DNA of 64,000 bases, from the NCBI GenBank assembly GCA_038141355.1, contig JAYQHX010000002.1:613073-677072 (forward strand), read 5' to 3'. The first letter of the stretch is position 1. Every line of letters starts with the position of its first letter. The position numbers and the translations under genes were made by a program. Source of the stretch: Methanobacteriota archaeon. Its GTDB lineage: Archaea > Thermoplasmatota > Poseidoniia > Poseidoniales > Poseidoniaceae. Shown in pieces: positions 30,136 through 39,736 of the stretch. The notes below the pieces were generated by a model that saw nothing but the letters and a program-made list of their open reading frames with translations, did no database searches and had not been told where the DNA came from.

Positions 30136-30708
30136 TTAGTCTAATACTACGACTTTTGATCCGTTCATCTCAATTCTAACTAGGCTATTCAATGGCCATT
30201 CTCCCTGGCTTCTAACAAAATTCATGCCGTTTCCTTTCTCAAAGACTATCCAGCAGTCGGATACCGTTGCTCCAATTCTGTCAACTGCTTGCAGTATTGG
30301 TAAAAGGGTTCCACCAGTAGATACAACATCATCTACAATAAAGACGCCATCTCCTTCTCGGATGTCGTTTAGGTAAATTTCACCCTTAGAGTAACCAGTT
30401 GATTGGTCAATCGCAGTTTCGCCCGGAAGGCCATATTCTCTCTTTCTTCCTATCACTAACGGTTTACCAGACTTGAGACATAATGCGGCAGCAAGAGGAA
30501 TTCCCATTGCTTCAATACCTAGAATGATATCTACTGAATCCCAATCTACCTTTTCAAAAATCAAATCCCTAGCGGCTGCCAATAATTCAGAGGTTTGACT
30601 TGGAACACCATCTGTCAAGGGGTGGATAAAGTACGGGTAATCTCCCCTCATTACTACTGGAGCATTGATTACGCTTTGTCTGAGAATTTCGAATTTTTCA
30701 TCGGACAT
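30136..30708 (-). CDS. hpt: Hypoxanthine/guanine phosphoribosyltransferase, archaeal type. The ATG at 30708 is preferred over the track start at 30813.
   Basis: It has the N-terminus MSDEKFEILRQSV...YPYFIHPLTDGVP and the PRPP motif VFIVDDVVSTGGT. The upstream 35 codons of the track ORF cover a GC hairpin. Confidence 0.8.
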   Translation of the reverse strand: MSDEKFEILRQSVINAPVVMRGDYPYFIHPLTDGVPSQTSELLAAARDLIFEKVDWDSVDIILGIEAMGIPLAAALCLKSGKPLVIGRKREYGLPGETAIDQSTGYSKGEIYLNDIREGDGVFIVDDVVSTGGTLLPILQAVDRIGATVSDCWIVFEKGNGMNFVRSQGEWPLNSLVRIEMNGSKVVVLD

Positions 30709-30768
30709 GGGTCTCCCACGCTGGAGCGACAAATGAACTATTCCTAAAAGTTGGATAAGAAGAATTGG

Positions 30769-30801
30769 GGCAGCGACTGGGGTCGAAACCCCAGTCGCCG
30801 C
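30769..30801 (-). promoter_or_regulatory. 13-bp GC-rich hairpin between the permease stop and the hpt start (terminator or cis-regulatory structure)
   Basis: ggcagcgactgggg-tcgaaa-ccccagtcgccgc has one mismatch. A second 5-bp hairpin lies at 30807-30820. Pyrimidine-rich sequence follows on the minus strand. Confidence 0.45.
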
Positions 30802-30855
30802 GGCTTCTGTCATTCGACAGTAAATCTCATCTAATTTACATCATTCAATGCAATC

Positions 30856-32328
30856 TCAGAAGATCATGTTGATGAGCCATTCGAATGTAGTCTCATCCCC
30901 TGGTCCGAGATAGAACATTATCATCAATGCACAAAGGGTTCCCATTACTGGGTTAATTTGGTCGGCCTTGCTGGTTCCCAACTTCATAAGAACATAAGCA
31001 ATGATACCCCAAGCAATTCCATCTGCAATTGAATATGTCAATGGCATCATTACGATTGTAATGAATGCAGGAATAACTATTTCTTTGTCATTCCAATCAA
31101 TTTCAGCAGCACCACGCATCATCATTGCACCTACGACTACTAGCGCCGGAGCAACAGCGAATGCAGGTATTGCTTGCAAAAGTCCAGAAAGGAATAGTCC
31201 CATAAGCATCAATACACCAACTACAACAGATACTAATCCGGTCTTTCCACCTTCTTCGATTCCAGCAGCAGATTCAATGTACGTTGTTGTTGTGCTTGTA
31301 CCACAAAGTGCACCAGCTATTGTTGCAACAGCATCTGACATGAACGCTTCATCTGCACCCTCTAAGTTGTCGTCTTCGTCGACCTTTCCTGCCATTTTAC
31401 CGACACCATAGAGTGTTCCTGCTGTATCAAAGATATCCACGAATAGGAAGGTGATCATAACAAGCAAAAATGCTCCAATAGTTTCAGAGTCAAGGTCAGC
31501 CAATGCTCCTAATGCGGCTCCTACAGCTCCGGTATCGAACCCATCAGTTGAGAAAATGTCTCCTAATGCAGGTGCAGCCACTTCAACACCACCGTTGTAT
31601 GCGTCAGCAACATGCATGTCCATAGCGCCCAGGATCCATGCAATTCCAGTAATTCCTGCAATTCCATAGATAATCGCTCCTTTGTATCCTCGAGCCATCA
31701 TGATACCAATTGCTAATAATCCTACCATTGCCCACAATTCGCCAGATTGGTGCGTCCAACTTGCATGTAAACCGATATCAACTAATGTAGCACCACCAAT
31801 GACCCATCCCATTTCTTGCAGTCCGATGTGGGCAAGGAACATTCCGATACCTGCCATCGTAGCGATTTTCAGTTCTTTTGGAATTGAATTGATCATTTTC
31901 GTTCTCCAACCAACCTGTGGTAAAGATATAATCAAGAAGATAATACCCTCAACCAATACAGCAGCAAGAGCTAATTCCCATGGAATGCCCATGCCAAGAA
32001 CTACGGTGAATGCAAAGTATGCATTCAATCCCATTCCTGGAGCCATTGCATATGGCTGGTTTGCCCAAAGCCCCATTATCGTACAACCTACAAAGGCTGC
32101 AATTGCGGTTGCAAACAATGCTTGGTTGAATGGGATACCCAATCCTACACCGGTAGCAGGATCTATTGTAAATCCTAATTCTAGGAATGACGGGTTAACC
32201 ACTAAGATATATGCCATCGTCAAAAACGTGGTTATACCTGCTCGTATTTCGCCTTGCATGTTCGTTCCATTTTCTTCAAATTTGAAGAAGTCAGCCATTT
32301 TTTGTTCTAAACTCATTTTTCTTTTCAC
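30856..32328 (-). CDS. Purine (adenine/guanine/hypoxanthine) permease, NCS2/AzgA family
   Basis: 490 aa and polytopic, with the N-terminus FFKFEENGTNMQGEIRAGITTFLTMAYILVVNP typical of AzgA/PbuG-type transporters. Confidence 0.85.
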   Translation of the reverse strand: MKRKMSLEQKMADFFKFEENGTNMQGEIRAGITTFLTMAYILVVNPSFLELGFTIDPATGVGLGIPFNQALFATAIAAFVGCTIMGLWANQPYAMAPGMGLNAYFAFTVVLGMGIPWELALAAVLVEGIIFLIISLPQVGWRTKMINSIPKELKIATMAGIGMFLAHIGLQEMGWVIGGATLVDIGLHASWTHQSGELWAMVGLLAIGIMMARGYKGAIIYGIAGITGIAWILGAMDMHVADAYNGGVEVAAPALGDIFSTDGFDTGAVGAALGALADLDSETIGAFLLVMITFLFVDIFDTAGTLYGVGKMAGKVDEDDNLEGADEAFMSDAVATIAGALCGTSTTTTYIESAAGIEEGGKTGLVSVVVGVLMLMGLFLSGLLQAIPAFAVAPALVVVGAMMMRGAAEIDWNDKEIVIPAFITIVMMPLTYSIADGIAWGIIAYVLMKLGTSKADQINPVMGTLCALMIMFYLGPGDETTFEWLINMIF

Positions 32329-32430
32329 CCTCCTTGGGTTACAATCTCGACAGTTCAGAGAGGTTATGATGTTTTTTGTGAAAATAAAATCACAAACGGT
32401 GTTTTTACAAACACTTCCTTAGTGCCGTGT

Positions 32431-32943
32431 TTAGGAATATGAAACTAACGATTTGAGAGAAAAAGAAAAGTTTTCTTTACCTTTTAAGAAGTCTAATTCT
32501 ATGATGACAGCGCATCCAATAATGTCAGCCCCTACGCTCTTTAGAAGTTCTCCTGATGCTGCCAAAGTCCCTCCTGTAGCAAGCAAATCATCTAGAATTA
32601 CAACCCGTTGTCCAGGTTTGATTGCATCCGATTGAATTTCTATTGTATCGGTTCCGTACTCTAATTCATACTCATGAGATATTACTTCACCAGGTAATTT
32701 CCCTTTTTTCCTGATCATAGTCATTGGAATATTCATTCTATCCGCCAAAGCCGAACTCAATAAAAATCCACGACTTTCAATTCCAGCAAGAATATCTGGT
32801 TTCCATTCAGAAACGATTTTTTCAAGTTCATTTAGTGTGTAACTCCATGCTTTAGGGTTTGATAAAACAGTCGAAATATCATAAAACAATATTCCCGGAA
32901 TTGGGAAATCTGGAATGCCACGAATATGGTCTTTTAGATTCAT
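32431..32943 (-). CDS. apt: Adenine phosphoribosyltransferase
   Basis: It contains [18 protein letters not shown] and the PRPP loop [13 protein letters not shown]. Confidence 0.9.
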   Translation of the reverse strand: MNLKDHIRGIPDFPIPGILFYDISTVLSNPKAWSYTLNELEKIVSEWKPDILAGIESRGFLLSSALADRMNIPMTMIRKKGKLPGEVISHEYELEYGTDTIEIQSDAIKPGQRVVILDDLLATGGTLAASGELLKSVGADIIGCAVIIELDFLKGKENFSFSLKSLVSYS

Positions 32944-33166
32944 TTAGATGCCTCGAATTTTTCGCTCATTGTAGACCTGAAAGTTAGTAATTTCAAAACC
33001 GGTCCCGACAGGTCAACAGTTATTGTGGCTCCTCTATTGAATTGGTACTCATCCCAGCCATCAGGAACCACATATCCTCTATGCATGTCGCTTGTAATTA
33101 CAGTGGGAGTATCAGTCCATTCGCAATATCTTCCATCTTGGATGGAAGCGTCAATTTCTCTCGCAA
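32940..33166 (-). pseudogene. ppnK: C-terminal segment of NAD kinase in a different frame from the 33167-33790 ORF
   Basis: My own translation of the shifted frame is ...IAREIDASIQDGRYCEWTDTPTVITSDMHRGYVVPDGWDEYQFNRGATITVDLSGPVLKLLTF... Its TGA overlaps the apt ATG (ATGA). Confidence 0.6.
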
Positions 33167-33790
33167 TTACGAGATAATGAGAGCTGGATTCTTCTCTTTG
33201 TTGCCAAGACCTGAATTTCTTGCGATGTGGTTAAACCAAGCCCCTTGTCCTAACCACGTAGAAAATACCAAACCACTGGATTGTTGTTGAGTTTCTAAAT
33301 CACCTCTTCTTAGGTGATATTTAGATGGCGCATATTGGTGAGTATTTGCGATTAATAGGTCGTTTAGTGCGGGGTCGGTCTTGATTTTATTCCCACTTGT
33401 TGTTTCGATTGTAGCCTGCAGTCTAGGTAGGTCGTTGACAATCGCTTTACCTGATAAAGCTAAATCAATATCATGAGCGAAGGTTTCTACTGAACTATCC
33501 ATATAGAAACCTAATGAGCCATCATTGTCATCATTTCTTGGATGTGAGTTTACTCCCATTACTGGTGTGTGAGAATCAATATTATGAGAAATCGAGGTCA
33601 ATGTTCCATCTCCTCCAAGAACGATAACTAAGTCACGCCCAATAAAATCGGCTCTCCTTACCTTTTCTCTCGCTCTAATTTCTACTCTCAAGGTGTCTGA
33701 CCTTTCTTGAAGGACCTGTTTTAGAGAATTCAAAGATTCGTCATGGACCTCTTCGAAATTCTTCTTGTATACCAGAAGAACATCGGCCAT
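33167..33790 (-). CDS. ppnK: NAD kinase, N-terminal and central part (reading frame interrupted near 33170-33230)
   Basis: It has the GGDGT motif (VIVLGGDGTLTS) and a degenerate STAY-type motif region (FSTWLGQGAW). At 207 aa it appears to lack the C-terminal region expected of a full-length NAD kinase. Confidence 0.75.
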   Translation of the reverse strand: MADVLLVYKKNFEEVHDESLNSLKQVLQERSDTLRVEIRAREKVRRADFIGRDLVIVLGGDGTLTSISHNIDSHTPVMGVNSHPRNDDNDGSLGFYMDSSVETFAHDIDLALSGKAIVNDLPRLQATIETTSGNKIKTDPALNDLLIANTHQYAPSKYHLRRGDLETQQQSSGLVFSTWLGQGAWFNHIARNSGLGNKEKNPALIIS

Positions 33791-33869
33791 GTTTATTCCA
33801 AGAGGCTATCCTTCTTGAGCGTGATTATTTGTAGGGAGTTTCATTAACTTCCGTTTTACACTGAGATTC

Positions 33870-34418
33870 ATGCAACCAAATCCTGCACCAGAACCGGTAA
33901 TTTTTGGTGAACCTCAACAAGTGATGATAGACCCAAGTACCGGATTACCACAAAATGTCATAATTATTCAATCGCCCTCTGCCGCCCCAAAAGTGATTGG
34001 AATCCTAGTAATAATCTATGGCGCCATAGTCGCATTAGGGTCAATATTGGGATTGGTAGGTACATCATTACTTGCATCCGTTGAGATTGATGATGATTTG
34101 ATAACTGAATATGCAACTCATATAATGATTTTTTCTTTTTTATCATTGATACTATCAGTTGGCACAATAGTTTCAGGTGTATGGATTAATCAACGAAGAA
34201 CAAAGGGAATACATCTTGCTTTAATCGTCATAGCTGCGACCTTCGTAATCTCTGTAATACAACAATTCACACTCCCACCTGAATTAGTTGAGACTTTCGG
34301 CGGAACAGCTGCTGATTTGGGGATAGAACTTGTTTGTAATGCAATATGTGGATTGATAGTAGCGATTCCGCTAATGATTTCCAATAATGGTCTAGACGAT
34401 TCAAAATTATTTGGATGA
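33870..34418 (+). CDS. Hypothetical integral membrane protein (about 4 TM helices)
   Basis: Hydrophobic segments only. I recognise no family. Confidence 0.5.
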   Translation: MQPNPAPEPVIFGEPQQVMIDPSTGLPQNVIIIQSPSAAPKVIGILVIIYGAIVALGSILGLVGTSLLASVEIDDDLITEYATHIMIFSFLSLILSVGTIVSGVWINQRRTKGIHLALIVIAATFVISVIQQFTLPPELVETFGGTAADLGIELVCNAICGLIVAIPLMISNNGLDDSKLFG

Positions 34419-34421
34419 TGA

Positions 34422-34889
34422 TTGAGCATGGGCGAATTGATCACAGGTCAAGCGGCAACCTATGTCGAAGAATTATGGGTCGAAACCGAGGAGCGTTATC
34501 AAATAATTTGCATAACTAGAGATGTTCAAAAAGTAGTATCTGAAAGCGGGATTAAAGATGGATTAGTACTTGTAAATCCTATGCATATTACCGCATCTTG
34601 CTACGTGAATGACTTGGAATATGGCTTGCATCATGACATAATGAAATGGTTAGAAAAATTAGCTCCGTTCTATGGCTCTGATGGTAAGGATGGTGAAGAA
34701 TATCACCACCATAATACTGGAGAAGACAACGGTGATGCGCATCTAAAGAGGCAACTACTCGGTCAGCAAGTGACTATGCCTGTAAAGGAAGGTCGATTAC
34801 ACCTAGGAAACTGGGAACAAATCCATTATGCCGAATTCGATGGCCAAAGACGAAAAAGAATCCTTGTAAAAGTGGTCGGAGTGATTTGA
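34422..34889 (+). CDS. YjbQ/UPF0047 family protein (secondary thiamine-phosphate synthase-like)
   Basis: It contains [53 protein letters not shown], which matches the family pattern. Confidence 0.75.
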   Translation: MSMGELITGQAATYVEELWVETEERYQIICITRDVQKVVSESGIKDGLVLVNPMHITASCYVNDLEYGLHHDIMKWLEKLAPFYGSDGKDGEEYHHHNTGEDNGDAHLKRQLLGQQVTMPVKEGRLHLGNWEQIHYAEFDGQRRKRILVKVVGVI

Positions 34890-35305
34890 TGTCTGATTTG
34901 TCAGAACCAGATCACATGACTGATATGGCTGTTGAATTGGGAATTGAGAGAGGTCATTGGGGTTCTGGAAAAGCATCATTCTCTCTCCAAGTTTCACAAA
35001 GGCATTGCAACAAAGCAGGCGTGGCTCACGGTGGCTTATACACGTTGATGCTAGATATGGCTCTAGGAGGTAGTCTAGTTTGCACATTGAAAAAAGAAGA
35101 ATGGTGCGCTACTACCCAACTAAATGTTTCATTCATCAATGCCGCTAGGCCAGATGAGAAAATCATCGCTGAAGGAAATCTAGAGAAACGTGGCAAGCAT
35201 GTAGCCCACCTATCTGGAAAAATAACAACTCAAAGTGGAAGATTAATCGCAACAGCCACAGGCGTATGGGCAATTTGGAATCATAAACCAGCAAGCCAAT
35301 CCTAG
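34886..35305 (+). CDS. Hotdog-fold acyl-CoA thioesterase (PaaI/4HBT-like)
   Basis: 139 aa containing [21 protein letters not shown]. Confidence 0.7.
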   Translation: MMSDLSEPDHMTDMAVELGIERGHWGSGKASFSLQVSQRHCNKAGVAHGGLYTLMLDMALGGSLVCTLKKEEWCATTQLNVSFINAARPDEKIIAEGNLEKRGKHVAHLSGKITTQSGRLIATATGVWAIWNHKPASQS

Positions 35306-35340
35306 AAAATATTCATTATGTCTACAACTTACCGCCACTC

Positions 35341-36678
35341 ATGGAGATTAGTGAAATTGACCTAGATGGTGGCACATTCAAATTTACATTGCCTTATCAT
35401 TGGATTAGTTGGATATTGTGGGTGCTTGGACTATTGATGACTCTTGTAAGCATCTTCGCTTTCCTTGGAGGAGGTGGGGAGACGCTGTTGCTTGGAACAT
35501 TTGGATTATTGCTTATGGCATTTGCATCTCCGGGCTCTCTCGAGGGTCAATTGAAGAAAGTTAGAGAGAATGCAATCGACCCAGCAGAACTTGAAGCAAA
35601 GGCTGAAGCAAGTGGATTAACTGTAGATAGTTGGTTGATGCAACAAACAACATATGTTCCAACCAATGACCCAAATGATTGGATTCTTCCTGCACCAGGT
35701 CCTTCAACTTGGAACAATGAAGATAGATATGGGCCACACGGTGATGGTTCTGCACTTGCTGAGCACCCAACTAAAGTTGGTACTCCAAGACCTTCTACAA
35801 TGACCTCATTTACGGTATTCTCGGTATTGTCTGTGTTATTCGCACTTGTTGGAGTTGCTTCTTTGATGTCAAGTCAAGAATCTGGAAATTCAATGATTAT
35901 GCCAGCAATTATTATCGTAGTAGGTCTGATTTTGTCGCTTGTCGGTTATTTCAGGTCAAAGATGCTTAGCCAAATGATGGACACTCCAACATCTCTTGTG
36001 AGGTCAGCACCGGTAGGATATCCCGAATTAGTGGGCCAAGTTAGGCCGATTGCAGATGGATGTCTTACTGTAGTAGTCGATGGAAATCAGAACATGGTAA
36101 TGCATAACATGGTTGGATACAGATGGGAATATGAACAATACCAGTGTAGAACTGTAAAAACTGATAACGGTACTAGAGAAGAATGTAATTGGGTGACCAT
36201 ACGCTCAGATGCAGGGGGTTGTCCTTTCATTTTACATGACGGTACTGGAGGAATTAGAGTAAATGCACAATCATTCAAGAGATCAAATTACGGCCAATAC
36301 TTGAAACGCTGGGATGGTGCCTTCGCTCAAACTCTTGGAAAACAATTGATGGCATCTGCTGTAGCGGGACTGCTTGGTGGCGCAACGGTAAAGAAACACC
36401 GCTGGACCCTTTATGGTCTAAAACTAGGGAATCCTGTGTATGTATTAGGTGAAACTAAACCACGTCCTTCTGGGCAAATAACCGCAGAAGGATTAGATGG
36501 CACCTTAGGAAATAGCATAATCGAAGTCTGGGGTAATGAAGATGCACCAGGAGTAAAGGTCACACTTCAAAGAGGAACCGAGTTGTCCAATGTCGGAGGT
36601 TCTAGGTCTGGATTTGAAATGCTATTTCCTCCATTGATGTTAATGCTGGGAGGAATCGCTCTCCTCGGATTAGCGTGA
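35341..36678 (+). CDS. Membrane protein with a possible GIDE-like domain between TM segments
   Basis: There are two N-terminal TM helices, two central TM helices, a soluble domain (PELVGQVRP...CPFILHDGTGGIRV...GNPVYVLGE) and a C-terminal TM helix. Confidence 0.45.
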   Translation: MEISEIDLDGGTFKFTLPYHWISWILWVLGLLMTLVSIFAFLGGGGETLLLGTFGLLLMAFASPGSLEGQLKKVRENAIDPAELEAKAEASGLTVDSWLMQQTTYVPTNDPNDWILPAPGPSTWNNEDRYGPHGDGSALAEHPTKVGTPRPSTMTSFTVFSVLSVLFALVGVASLMSSQESGNSMIMPAIIIVVGLILSLVGYFRSKMLSQMMDTPTSLVRSAPVGYPELVGQVRPIADGCLTVVVDGNQNMVMHNMVGYRWEYEQYQCRTVKTDNGTREECNWVTIRSDAGGCPFILHDGTGGIRVNAQSFKRSNYGQYLKRWDGAFAQTLGKQLMASAVAGLLGGATVKKHRWTLYGLKLGNPVYVLGETKPRPSGQITAEGLDGTLGNSIIEVWGNEDAPGVKVTLQRGTELSNVGGSRSGFEMLFPPLMLMLGGIALLGLA

Positions 36679-36710
36679 ATATGATTAGTCGGGAACTTTT
36701 CGGCTGATTC

Positions 36711-37931
36711 ATGGCAGAAGATGTCGTGATTGTAAATGGTGCGAGAACTCCATTTTGTGAGTGGCAAGGCGGGAAGCGTGGCGACGGTAATCCAGGTGGA
36801 CTACTAAAGGATGTAAGTGCAATAAAATTGGGTGAAATCGCAATAAAGGGAGCACTTAAAAAATCTAACACTGCTGCTGAAAATGTAGACCATGTTGTAA
36901 TGGGCTATGCATTACAAACATGCGACCAAGCGATATTTGGTGCTAGGCATGCTGGACTTGGTGCGGGGATCCCACAAGAAGTTCCAATGCTAACATTATC
37001 AAGAATTTGTGGAAGTGGCGTACAATCTATTGTCACAGGTGCACAGATGATCATGCTAGGGGAAGCAAATACAGTCGTTGCGGGTGGTATGGAAAATCTA
37101 TCACAAGCACCTCATGTTCTCAGAGGAATGCGAGATACATACAAATTAGCAAGACCACCTCGAGCTGGAACCGAACTTGAAAAAGATATGGAGGATTACC
37201 TTTTCACAAATTTGCTCGACGGTTTCTGTGGCTCATTTATGGCTCAGACAAGCGATGAAATCTGCAAGAGGAAAGGAGTGACCAGGGAAGAAACAGATGA
37301 GTTTGCGGCCCTATCTCATAGCAGGACTGCTAATTCTATAGAAAACGGCACTTGGGAGCAAGAAATAGTCTCTGTCAATGATATCACCTTCAAAGATGAA
37401 GACCATGTGGTAAAGGGAAGCACCCCTGAAACTTTGGCAGAATTGAGAACAGCATTCGGTCCTGAGAGTTTAGTCACAGCAGGCAATGCATCAGGAGTAG
37501 TCGATGGTGCTGCTGCTGTAGTAATCAAATCAGCATCACAAGCAGAATCAGATGGCGATAAACCACTCGCTAGAATCGTTTCTTGGGGTATAGTAGGATT
37601 AGAACCAGCGATAATGGCGTATGGTCCCGTACCTAGTAGCAGGTTGGCTCTTGAAAAGGCTGGTTTGACAATTGATGATATCGATAGATGGGAAATAAAC
37701 GAAGCATTCGCCGGCCAAGCAGTCGCTTGTGTCAAAGATCTCGGACTTGATATCGAGAAGGTTAACGTAAACGGTGGTGCTGTTGGATTGGGTCATCCTT
37801 TGGCAGCAACTGGCACTCGCCTTGTTCTTACCTTAGCACATGAACTGCAACGTTGTGGTGGAAAATACGGTGTTGCAACTGCATGTATTGGAGGCGGTCA
37901 AGGTATCGCTATGGTAATCGAATCTCTGTGA
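36711..37931 (+). CDS. Acetyl-CoA C-acetyltransferase (thiolase II)
   Basis: It has the active-site regions RICGSGVQS, NVNGGAVGLGHPLAATG and CIGGGQGIA. Confidence 0.9.
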   Translation: MAEDVVIVNGARTPFCEWQGGKRGDGNPGGLLKDVSAIKLGEIAIKGALKKSNTAAENVDHVVMGYALQTCDQAIFGARHAGLGAGIPQEVPMLTLSRICGSGVQSIVTGAQMIMLGEANTVVAGGMENLSQAPHVLRGMRDTYKLARPPRAGTELEKDMEDYLFTNLLDGFCGSFMAQTSDEICKRKGVTREETDEFAALSHSRTANSIENGTWEQEIVSVNDITFKDEDHVVKGSTPETLAELRTAFGPESLVTAGNASGVVDGAAAVVIKSASQAESDGDKPLARIVSWGIVGLEPAIMAYGPVPSSRLALEKAGLTIDDIDRWEINEAFAGQAVACVKDLGLDIEKVNVNGGAVGLGHPLAATGTRLVLTLAHELQRCGGKYGVATACIGGGQGIAMVIESL

Positions 37932-38001
37932 TATTACCTGTATTTTTTTAAGGGATTCAATCTAAGATAACTTGAATAGTTAAATTCACCACGCTACACA
38001 C

Positions 38002-38577
38002 ATGAGCACCACAATGGTAGTCGGAGCAATCGCTGCAGTAGTAGCATTGATTGTCCTAATTTGGTTTATCAGCACTTGGAACAGATTAGTGAGATCAGAA
38101 GAAAATGTAAACAAATCCTGGGCAGATATCGACGTTTTACTAAAACAAAGATATGATATGATTCCAAATTTGGTAAACATTGTAAAGGGATATGCGGACC
38201 ATGAAAGAGAAATTTTCGAGCAGTTCGCAGTAGCAAGACAAGCAGCTGCTGGTGCTTTGTCAAGTGGAGACGTTAAGGCTGTAGGTGCAGCAGAAGGCAC
38301 GCTTGCAGGATTGATGCCAAGAATCAACATGGTTGCAGAACAATATCCTGAACTGAAGGCTGACACATCTTTCGTAAATCTTCAAAACAAATTTGTCGCA
38401 CTTGAGAACAGTGTTTCTGACAGAAGAGAATTCTACAACTCTAGCGCAACAAATTTCAATACTTTGATTCAAATGATTCCAACAAGCATTGTTGCTGGAA
38501 TGAAGGGTTGCGTGCGAAAAGACCTATTCGAAGTGACAGACCCTGTCCAGAGAGAAGCGGTCCAGATTCAATTCTAA
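38002..38577 (+). CDS. LemA family membrane protein
   Basis: N-terminal TM helix plus WNRLV...WADIDVLLKQRYDMIPNLVNIVKGYADHE. Confidence 0.85.
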   Translation: MSTTMVVGAIAAVVALIVLIWFISTWNRLVRSEENVNKSWADIDVLLKQRYDMIPNLVNIVKGYADHEREIFEQFAVARQAAAGALSSGDVKAVGAAEGTLAGLMPRINMVAEQYPELKADTSFVNLQNKFVALENSVSDRREFYNSSATNFNTLIQMIPTSIVAGMKGCVRKDLFEVTDPVQREAVQIQF

Positions 38578-39732
38578 TCACAAACCAGTTGCAATTAAGG
38601 CAACTGATATCCATGCACCAAGCATAGATCCAAGGTTAGTTAACGCAGTGACTAGTAAAACCCTGCCAGCCTTATTCGACCAAAACACACTAGCAGAATC
38701 TAATTTCAAAAACTCTGCTAAATCCTCTCCAGTTGGTTCTCTAACCTTTAGTTGAGCATAACCTGCAAACCATCCAGCGGCTAGCGCCGGATTCAATGAA
38801 GTGATAGGAGAGGCTAGGGCAGCAACCAAAATCGCCAACGGGTGTCCTCCTGCAATCGCACACATGACTGCAGCGCCTAGGAAATTTCCAAGGAACCAAT
38901 AAATTCCGTTTTCTTTTATTGAGGAGATATCTCCGTTGTAAGCAAACCATCCGAGTAAAGCAGCAAGCAATATAGGGATTGAATACGCAATCGTCTTGAT
39001 TAATCGTCCTCCTTTTGGTATGGTAGATAATTCTGTAATTTTCTCATCATTTCCTGACAATTTAGAGTCAAGTAATTTCGATACTCCATCTAAATGCCCT
39101 GCTCCCAGAACTGCCAATACCTTACCTTGGTTTCTAATGTTTGAAATCTTTCTAGCAATATATTCGTCTCTTTCGTCGATTAATGCTTTCCCCGCCCCGG
39201 GTGAAACTTCTCTCAACTCTTCCATTAGGGATGTGAGTAAATCTTTGTCTTCTAGAACCTCACTCAATGATATGTCCTCATTAGGTTCTTCGTCTGACAT
39301 TAGTGCCCAAAGTAGGCCAGTTTTTTCTTTAAATTTCATATTCTTCCATGCTCTTCTTAGAGTGGTTTGAATGTCTCTATCAACTAATTCAACACGCAAA
39401 CCAGCATCTTTGGCAGCATTAACAGCAGCAAGTAATTCTGCTCCTGGTTGTTGTCCCTCATCCATCCCCATCTTTCTTTGTTCGGCTGAAAGTAAAGATT
39501 GCAGCAATACCATGGGGGCTTTGCCTTCTTTGATGACTTTCAACAGTCCTTCTTTGTCAAGACGTCTTTCATTGGTCAGAGCAGCATATCGACTTTCACA
39601 AAGTTCTACTGCAACAATATCTGGTTTCCATTCCTCTATATTTTCAATTACTGCCTCAACTGAAGACGTTGCTACATGCGCAGTACCCAGTAGGCGGAGA
39701 TTATCATCGACATCAACAATTGGAGCAGACAT
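38578..39732 (-). CDS. TraB/PrgY-like family protein with a C-terminal membrane domain
   Basis: It contains LRLLGTAHVATSSVEAV...PDIVAVELCESR and C-terminal TM helices. Confidence 0.75.
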   Translation of the reverse strand: MSAPIVDVDDNLRLLGTAHVATSSVEAVIENIEEWKPDIVAVELCESRYAALTNERRLDKEGLLKVIKEGKAPMVLLQSLLSAEQRKMGMDEGQQPGAELLAAVNAAKDAGLRVELVDRDIQTTLRRAWKNMKFKEKTGLLWALMSDEEPNEDISLSEVLEDKDLLTSLMEELREVSPGAGKALIDERDEYIARKISNIRNQGKVLAVLGAGHLDGVSKLLDSKLSGNDEKITELSTIPKGGRLIKTIAYSIPILLAALLGWFAYNGDISSIKENGIYWFLGNFLGAAVMCAIAGGHPLAILVAALASPITSLNPALAAGWFAGYAQLKVREPTGEDLAEFLKLDSASVFWSNKAGRVLLVTALTNLGSMLGAWISVALIATGL

Positions 39733-39736
39733 AAAA

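Noticed and set aside
30769-30801. tRNA-like T-arm (ctggggtcgaaaccccag)
   Set aside because: The loop length and sequence do not fit a T-loop. No acceptor, D or anticodon arms can be built around it. It is a simple extended hairpin.
30709-30813. N-terminal 35-codon extension of the hpt ORF
   Set aside because: It translates the GC hairpin region. The archaeal Hpt N-terminal motif begins at the Met at 30708.
31001-32422. Long plus-strand ORFs (136, 72 and 246 aa) opposite the purine permease
   Set aside because: They are Pro/Ala/Ser/Ile-rich mirror images of a hydrophobic membrane protein and match no family. The minus-strand AzgA-like ORF is continuous with clear motifs.
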